Assembly: GCA_021432655.1 (NCBI GenBank)
Contig: MU271465.1
Coordinates: 1-59,963 of the forward strand
Length of the DNA: 59,963 nt
Source: Atractiella rhizophila
Lineage: Eukaryota
Direction: 5' to 3'
This document shows, in pieces, positions 51,801-59,963 of the stretch. Position 1 is the first letter of the stretch, and each line of letters opens with the position of its first letter. The translations under genes were made by a program, and so were the position numbers. Under the pieces are notes generated by a model, which was given only the letters and a program-made list of their open reading frames with translations, did not search any database and had not been told where the DNA came from.

Positions 51801-53510
51801 CTTTAGGCAAAGCGTTAACTGGGACCCTAAGAAACGATACTGACTCATCCGCGCTGACATCTAAAGGTTCGACTTGATGTCCGCGATGGGTCACGACCAG
51901 CACTGACCCCACTGAGTTGTTCGAAAGAAGAGTCCGAAAGAAGTCTTGCTTTTTATCGTTGTCAGCAAGCAGGGGAGTTTCAAAGTTATCCAAGGCGAGA
52001 AGGCATTTTTGACTTCGGAAGAAATCTGCTGCGGCCTCCAGTGATGGTTTGCTGGATCGAGGCAGCGCGAAGACGTCGTTACAGATGTGGTCGGAAAGTA
52101 ACCCAAAGCTGTTAATGTTGTGGCAAGGAACCCAGAAGCGGAGATCTTCTCCGCTGTTTCCATTCATATCTGAAAAGGATTGCTGAATCTCCTTCAAGTG
52201 CAGGGTATTAAGGGCGATGGTGGATTTTCCGTTCCCAGCTCCGCCCACAATCGCAACATGGCGGCCCTGAAGTATAGCTTTTCTGGCCTTTTTGACCTCA
52301 GCTTCACGCCCAAAACAACTTCCGGGAGGCGGTAGTGGCGACTTTCTACGAACTGCAATCCGTTCACTCGACGCTTCAAAGAACGTCAACATGGTATCAA
52401 CGTGAGAGCTAAGAAATCATACCCTGCGCGAGACATACAGCAGCATTAAGTACTTGGTGGCCCATTCCTTCCATATATGCCTTCGTACAGCCCACCACAT
52501 CCTGCATCCGCCCCCACTCCGCCCAATTTATGCTTCCCGTCGTATGGGCTGAAAAGCGATGGTACCGATGTGCCAGACCTTGCCCCAGCATGCTCGCCTT
52601 CAACCAATCGGCTACCTGAGAACAATCGTCTACAATGGCTTTCAAAGCAGACTCAACTTGGTCTATAGTCTGTCCCAATTTGACGGGCTGAGCGAGCCCT
52701 GACCCCAAGGAGACAAGACAGGCGACTTGGCTCCCTTCTCCCCAGATACGCTTTGACTCGTCAATCGCCAATGCCGCTGGGTTATTATTTCCAATGGCGA
52801 CATATTTCGCTCCGTCGATGACGATCGGGGGAAAGAAGTGAGGTTCGGAGGAAGTTGCTCTTGCTGCTTCCCACACCGTACATCCAGCAGCAGAATGAAT
52901 TCCATCGAGGCCGTCGTACGTACGCATCTCTGTTGAAACAACTACATTGGATTCGTACCTTGACACCACAAAAGTTTTGCATCTATCTCCGATTGCCGCA
53001 TCCCTCATAGGAAGTTGAGAGGGCGATACAGACGACGGGGCGTGTCGTGCGATGATCTCGTGGAAGACGGCTTCGAGCCTCTCTGCAGAGTACAGATAGC
53101 CTTCTTTCGAACTTGGGGCTTCCTCGGAAAAGACATTCTGTACGATTTGCTCATATGCACTGATGGATTGTCGAACAGTCATTCCCAACCGTCCGAGCAT
53201 GATGGCCATCCAACCTCCCGTGGAAGTGCCACAGATGAGATCGAAAACATCGCACGGCCGGACCTCTTGTCCCTTTGCCTCGAGGAGTTCTCCGACTTCA
53301 AGCATGACAACGTCGAGCATGTAAAGCGTGGAGAAGGTACATATGCCGCCATTGTCGATGGCGAGAATTCGGAGTCCCCTTTCGTTGGCCTTCTTCACAT
53401 TCTCTGGAACATTGAAAATCTTGACATGTGGCATGGCGTCTTGTTCCCGTATAGCCTATTAATCTATGTTAGATGAGAATGGCTGAGAAGATTTAAGCGA
53501 CCTCGACCAT
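48806..53510 (-). CDS. NLR-like protein copy 2: patatin-like + STAND NTPase + TPR array + probable spliced C-terminal domain
   Basis: Same motifs as copy 1 (DNGGI, GTSTG, GGAGNGKS, LLALDNFE). Intron 52374-52422 joins CLAQ-A-SSERI in frame. Possible micro first exon at 53510 (intron 53456-53501 with CTAAC). Putative introns 49418-49479 and 49182-49244 extend the frame to 48806. Without them the ORF stops at 49414. Confidence 0.87.
49850..50940 (-). repeat. Coding tandem array of 120-bp (40-aa) TPR-like units: 7 well conserved plus degenerate flanking units
   Basis: Consensus GDRQGQAHCIRxVGEIDFxCGRNEEALKAFEEAKVLYxEV; the DNA motif CCTGTCGATCTCC recurs every 120 bp. Confidence 0.95.
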
Positions 53511-54389
53511 TGTGAGTATGCAGAAGCGCAAAACCCAGGTGAGGTGAAAGAAGTTTACAGGAGGATGATATGTCGAAGGATTTGCCTCTGAGCTTGCACG
53601 CGGCCAGAAGGAGACGTCGGGAATTGAAGGTGTCTGCAAGACTGCTGACGCAGTTTGTTATTGTTAAGGTTTGCTGAGAGAAGGAGTAGCGATTTAGCTT
53701 TCGATGGACATGTTTGCGGCCGTTTGTCTCAACTCAAGCATGGAATGCTTTGGGCAACTTTCGGCAGGCTTCTGCAACTGACATTCAAAAACGTTTGTCT
53801 CCGGAGTGCTAAATACAGGGTACTGCAACAATAGTGTCGCCTGTCGCCGTTAATTTCAAGCGCCCTTCCAGTCGCAAGTATACGCAAGCACTCCATCTAA
53901 AGACGATCTCATGTCGAAGGAAATCCTTCCTTTCTTCTACGACAAGCGTGAGAGTGCCGTCGTCCCTCGGGCAACATTACATGGAAGCTCCACGATGTTC
54001 TGTCCTTGGACCTCCAGAACATTCTCCCCAACAACGTTACCCCGACCTCTCCTTCTCGACCTGTCGCTTCCCAACCAAAAACTCGATAAAAGGAGGCAGA
54101 CCTCTAGAGCTTTTGTCATTCCCACAAAACGCTCTATCAACATGGTGTCCAAAAGGCCGGTTCGACAAGTCAAGATTATAGACATGGTGAAGCAGAATAA
54201 TGAAGAAGGAACCCATCAGCAAGGGCAGAGCATAAGAAGACGAGAAGCATATTTCTATGGCCTTTGACGACTTGTCCTGTTCATTGACTATTATTTGTGT
54301 GATAGGAACTCAGACATTCCTGGATACAAGGAGCTTGAGGTTTTGATAGCAGCCGCTGCAACGATAGGACATGATCAAGATTATGTATG

Positions 54390-54833
54390 TTACACGATCG
54401 GCATCCGTCGTGCACGCCTTAAACCCGACACCATCCAAGCTCTCATGGTTCTTAAGGCTCAGTTAAAATTGGAGAGAGATGAGAAGACGAGGGAACTGAA
54501 GGCAGCCCTGGGTGATGTTGCTAACAGATCTTAATCGATATTTATGATGTTTATTTCCATTGCATTCATTTCTTCCCCTTCTTCTTTTGCTTCCACTGCA
54601 TCGCGTTGCTTGCTTGCTCGGCCTAATAAACTAGTACGCGTCTTCAAAATAGAATAGAGTAATGCAAGACATGACACATGAACCCGCTCTAGACCCCGCT
54701 CTAGACCCATAACCCGTCGACTCGACGTGCGACTCCACCTTTCGAACCCGTCTCCACGCACCCGCCCGCCTCAGTTGACGTCGAGAAACGTACGGGTTTC
54801 ACCCATCCCGTAACCGCACATTGCCCATCCCTA
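54390..54833 (+). mobile_element. hAT transposon 3' end fragment
   Basis: TIGIRRARLKPDTIQALMVLK matches the end of the hAT dimerisation domain. ACCCG-type subterminal repeats follow. The end TTGCCCATCCCTA is a TAGGG-type TIR. No left end was found. Confidence 0.75.
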
Positions 54834-54836
54834 TTC

Positions 54837-56980
54837 ATGGAGCAGCTGCAGCCACCTCTTTCTCTTTGTTACGTCGCCATTGGAAAGCCTGATCTTTATA
54901 CTTCTCCAAATGTGATTACCCTGGACAGAACATCCTTGTATATACGGAATGTCCGAGATCAAATCCGTGGCGACTTGGAGGCAAACCAACCATCTTTCAA
55001 GAAGCTTGAAGTCGAGGTAGGTACTTGTAGAGTCAGGATTTGGCAAGTCAACACGCTTCTGACAAGGACCAACCTCCGAAATGTCACAGAAACTCTCCAA
55101 TCGATTGATTTTCCTTGGAAAGGCCCTGACAGCGATGAGGACGCCGATTCCCCTAAACACTCTTTGGCTTTGGAGATCCTTCTTCCCTACCAGGTCGTTA
55201 GCGATCTTTGGAAGTCTCAACCGGACCGGTCTCAATTGCATATTATTGCTGAAGTACTGCCGTTCGAAAACCTCGATAGTACGCTCTCTCCCTATCCCAC
55301 CAGCACCAGTAACTATTTAGCTAGCTTGGCAGCGCAATAACGAGGAGCTTAGCGGCATTCAGAAACTTGCACAATTCTAGGCTATGAAGCAGGGAACGTT
55401 CCTCACTCACGCGGCCCTGCTCAACATGAAACACATCATCAACGCTGCTAATTTACCGTCCCCCCCAGCGCCGCTCGATGATGCGACTCAGAAACTACGT
55501 CCAATTTTCGACTTGCCTTCACCTGAACTTGAGGAAGAACTACTGGGCCCCCAGGTCCAATTCGCGAAGAAGTTTCGTTCCAATTTTGGTTATAGCCTTC
55601 CCTCTTCGCAGCGGTGTCTGACCCTGAGAGAGCTTCTCCATTATTCGGCGGCCGTTGGGCATTGCCTCTGCATGGACCTCGACAGCTATCGCGACAACAA
55701 AGAAGCGTATTTTGTAGCAACCTACATGCAACACGTTGCAAACGAGCTGGCTGGCTGACCGGATGGGGAGGAGCGCACGTCGAAATTTGGACTTTAAAGC
55801 GTACTGTTGTTTGCGATGTGTGGCATGGGCTGACGCTTGGTCTGCAGCAATAAACAGTGGAAATTCCACTTACTTCCTTTCGTACTCAATCCGAGCGGAC
55901 AGGGACCGCCTACTCAGTTTAGATATCACCCCCGCAACCATTACGAGTTTCGCGTCCACGAATTCCAAGACTTATCGTTGAGGTTCAGTCGGGGAAAGAA
56001 TACGAGAACGAAACGGAAGATGGGGAAGATCAAACTCGAATGCTGCTCGAAGGCGCTGCCGTGGTTAGAAATGTGCAGTCTTCCATTAACAAGGGTAATG
56101 ACTCGCCCTGGCCGTTTGTTATGATTTGCTGCTATGTGGACCATGACATGCAGGTTACGCGGTATCTGATGTGTAGCGAGAATGTCAAGAAGCCTAGCGT
56201 GCGCACATTTTGCTCTTCAGAAGTTTGTCTCAGGGTCGTGCAGGGTGGCGTTGTGTATCTCCGTGAGGACTTCAGCCTCACAGAGAAGAAAGAAGCGTTC
56301 ATGTTTCTCCTTGGACTGTACAACTCAACGTCTGTGATCGACTGGGAAAGAACTATCGACAGGAACGAGATCGACAATGATCTAAAGGAAAGTGTAAAGG
56401 GCTTCGAAGCATTCTGGTCAGAAGGTAGTAAAAGGCGGCGAGATGCTGACGAAAAAGAGACTCAAACGGACGATGAGGTCTCCTGCAGTTCAGACGCTTC
56501 TTTCTGATGCAAGATACTCCCTAGCCCGAGTTCAACCTCGGTGCCCCAGTCGATGGACCACTTCACAGTCCGATCAAGTCTATATTTCCAACTCCGTCTC
56601 TTCAGCACTGATCCCAGTGAGATAGTCGTCGGTTTCCTCCCGTTCATGCAGTGACTCATTGCTAAGTTCATCGAAGACCGTGAAGAACTCAAGATCCACC
56701 GTTCCCTTGCACGAATTGACAACACCAGGAACCATACAATCAAAATCATCGACATATTGGAACGTGAAGGCAACCATCTCCTAGTTCTTCCGCTTGGAGT
56801 CCCTGCGCACGGTTTCGAAAGACCTCTGGAGCTTGTCTATGTTGTTTTCAATGTGCTTGAGGTCACAGTTATCCACCGTGTGGCGAATTAGATGAGGAGT
56901 TGCTTTCGCATAAGGACGCGGCCGTGAATTCAACATCTCCTGCCAAAGACAGTGCGCTCCTTTCAGGGGTCTCAAGCTCA
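54837..56980 (+). pseudogene. Crinkler-like gene: N-terminal ubiquitin-like header, central nuclease-like region, truncated kinase-like tail
   Basis: Header pattern LSLCYVAIG...IRNVRDQI...VRIWQVN...VSDLWKSQPDRSQLHIIAEV (compare CRN LxLWKV...HIIV). Central EDQTRMLLEGAAVVR. Kinase N-lobe-like LIAKF..ELKIHRSL...RNHTIKIIDIL, preceded by an in-frame TGA. Confidence 0.55.
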
Positions 56981-57499
56981 GTTGAAGTGCTGACGGGTTT
57001 AGACTAGACCCTAAACTAGCGAGTGTGCAGAAGGTCCCCGCGGCAATGAAATTCTCTTATTCCTGCATAATCTGTAAATGTAAAGGTACTAACTTGAAAT
57101 CGCGTTCTCCCCTCAACCAACCAGCTTCGCTCAACGTCCAATCCCACATCCTGCTCGTACGCTTTCGGTGCACCTACTTCGTTTCTCGCCATCTTCTTGA
57201 AGTTGAACTTTGAACTCGTCAACTTAAACAATAAACATGTGTGGATGGCCGCAAACTACACGACAGCTAAGTTTTGAATTCCAAAAGTACAACTGCATGA
57301 AAAAAGACTATGAGTGTATTAGAAAACTAAATCCAGATACTAAATCCAGAAGCAACCAGAATTGCATGAAAATCGATATGAATGCTCTTTGTCCTGTCGA
57401 TCTAACTGAAGCTATGAACAAATGTATTTACCAAACGAAAGGGTACGAATGTAAAATGTGAGGTAAAAGTACAATAACTTAACTTGTAGTAACTCCTTT

Positions 57500-59963
57500 A
57501 AAGCAACCATTATTCCTCCAAACCACTTGCTCTAACATAACGATGTCAGACAATGACGTCCACATTCACCGTTTCGGGACTAGTCCTAAGGCCGGCTGCC
57601 CTCTGCGTCTTCCTACGCTGCCAAAAAAGTAATCGTTTCCTTCTACGGTCTGAATTTGAGTCGCAGGAACGAGAGGGGTGCGTGGTGTTTCTGAATCGAA
57701 GATGGCATCTGAAGTGGAGTGCCTTTTAGCGGGGGTATACACAATTTGGCTATGGGATGGAGAGGGGAAAGTGGGTGAACCAGCTTCTTCTGCTGAGGTG
57801 GTCGGTGAAACACCTGTCGAAGAATTGGCAGGGGAGGTGAAGAGTTCAGGACGCTTTGAGACTGCACGAGAACGGATAGTAGCTGCCGCCGAAGGGAAAG
57901 GGAGTGAAGAGTGGCGTTCTGTTGGCGTAGTAGGTATATGGACATGTAGATGGTGTGTCGCAGCGGAGGAGAGTGTGGCAGAGCGAGAGCGGGAGAGAGA
58001 GAAATATCCCTTCACGGAAGTAGGCATCGCGCCAGGAGTGAGAGCAGGATGAAGCTGAGTGGTAGAGAGGGGAGGAGAGGTGAAGGAGTCACCTGTTTCG
58101 TCCTCGTCGTCATGGTCGTCCTCAGTGGCCGAATGCGAATAATCATGCTCTTCACCGCCGCTCCCGATCACTACATCTTCGTGCTCCATCGATTGCAGCT
58201 CTGCCTGTTCAACGGAGAAAGGAGACATCGTTCCAGGCTCGTCGAACTCGGACGAATGACCACCTTCCGTTGCGCCAGTTCCTTCATTGGGAAGCGTAGC
58301 ATGCCCAAAATCCATTCGAGTGGGAGAGATGAGAGCTGTGGACTGAAAGGACGGCAACTTCTTCACATGATGGAAGTTGCTCTGGATTGCGGCGTTGATA
58401 GCTATAACCCGAACAAATTAGGCGTTTCGGACGGCATTGAAATAGACGAACCTTGCACTCTCCACCCAAGATCATCCCCTTTCTCTCTATATGGATTTGC
58501 CAACGGCGACCCTAGTAGTCTCACTAGATCTTTGTGATCTTCCTCATTCTCCGCCCTTAGAACCAAGAGACTCCCATCCGCAAACATGAGGATGACGAGA
58601 AACTGACTGGCGAGTTCCAACTCTGACTCAACTGTCGTAGTGTGCAGGCTAGTTTGGGAAGAAGACTGGTTATATTGTTTCTTGAACGGAAGGGAATGGT
58701 TGTAGAAGAGCGACGAGACCGAAGCCTCGCGGAAAGACTTTGCCGGAAGCTGATGATTGCTTATTACTTGTTGGTCCTGCACATCTGTGTTAGGTTCACA
58801 CTCGATAATACTCGATAACAGATGGAAGAATGTGAACGCACTTTATGGTCTTTCAAAACGCTCAGCAACCGTCCCTTAATGTTGATCCACACTCTTTTCC
58901 AAGCGCCTTTTGGTTCTTTGATTCCCATAGGAGTAGAAGCCGTATGTGAGAAGATCATTTTTGGCGTTATGAGTCCGGGTTTTAAATACCAGCAACAAAG
59001 TCGCGCGTGCGGTTCGTAATAAGTCCTTATTGGAAGGTGAGGGTGGATGTGTCGGAAGTGCAAAGCAAGAAGATCGTTCGGTACCGTCGTAGCAGAGAGG
59101 GGCAGAGCTTCATTCAAGATGTGTCCCTATAATCCCCCATCTTCAGCGGATGCAATGAGAGGAAACGGAGGAAAGACCTTGCAAACGTGTGTCAGTCTCA
59201 GGCTGTCCAATATATCCTTCCTCTGCCTCTCGTTCATCAGCCCAACTGAAACCTTGATCTTGCCAACTTTAGCCTTCGCCTTCTGCTTGAACTTCTTCTT
59301 TTCTTTCTCCCTTTCTTTCTCTCTATCTTTGTTGCCACCATTATTTATCGATCCCGATCCCCCTGCATTTGCGTTGCTCGTGGAAGCTTGGCCTGACGAG
59401 CTAGCCGTTCCTGTCCCAAGAATACTACTCCGCCGACCTGGTCGCGCATCCACCCCACCTCCTCGTCCCCGTCGAGTAGCTTCAGGAGGTACACGTCCTA
59501 GGAATACAGCATTGGTGCTGAACTCCACAGCGTCTTTGAAAGCGATGTGTCTAGATGAAGGGGCCGATTTGGGGGTCTTGGGACGATCCTTGTCTTTGGA
59601 ATGGGAGCGAATAGACGTAATGGAATAAGCCTTATTGACCACTTCGCTCTGATCCATCCCCTCTCCCTCTAATTCAAACTCGCTCTCTTCTCCTCGCAAG
59701 CTCCGCATAGATAGACTCTCCTCTGACTGTCTATAAGGGAAGCGATCGCTTCGATCCGTCCTGGATCCAGGGGAAGAATGTACATGGGATTGCGAAGAAT
59801 CGATCCGACCGCTCAGAAGCGCGTCTTCCGGTGCAACATTAGTCAGCGAAGCAGTCGGACAGTAAGAAAATCCCATGCTGGGTGGCGAACCGGCGACGCT
59901 TGGACTGGCGGCTGAGCCGGAAGCGAGGGACGGCAAGGGGGAGGCGAAGGAGAGGGAGTGAGA
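57500..59963 (-). CDS. Large Ser-rich protein with a PH-like domain, multi-exon, 5' part outside the window
   Basis: Collinear long ORFs. GAWKRVWINIKGRLLSVLKDHK and LVLRAENEEDHKDLVRLL resemble PH beta-2/3 and the terminal helix. 3' end approximate. Confidence 0.55.

Overview
Intron-rich eukaryotic DNA, most consistent with a basidiomycete fungus (short ~45-65 nt GT-AG introns, basidiomycete-type gene families). It is a transposon-littered accessory region. Two paralogous NLR-like genes (patatin - STAND NTPase - TPR) lie near the ends of the window. The ORF track splits each in two, but a conserved phase-1 intron joins them. Both patatin domains keep GTSTG but lack the catalytic Asp motif and the oxyanion Arg. 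The second copy has a 120-bp TPR array and a probable spliced C-terminal extra domain. Other genes: a POS5-like NAD(H) kinase, an HNH-type nuclease gene, a membrane-anchored heparinase II/III-like lyase, a decayed Crinkler-like gene and a PH-like gene cut by the window edge. Mobile DNA: a PIF/Harbinger element with TIRs and ATT TSD, a decayed chromodomain Ty3/Gypsy element, five solo LTRs each with its own 5-bp TSD, and hAT and CACTA-like relics. All domain calls come from motifs read by eye; no searches were run.
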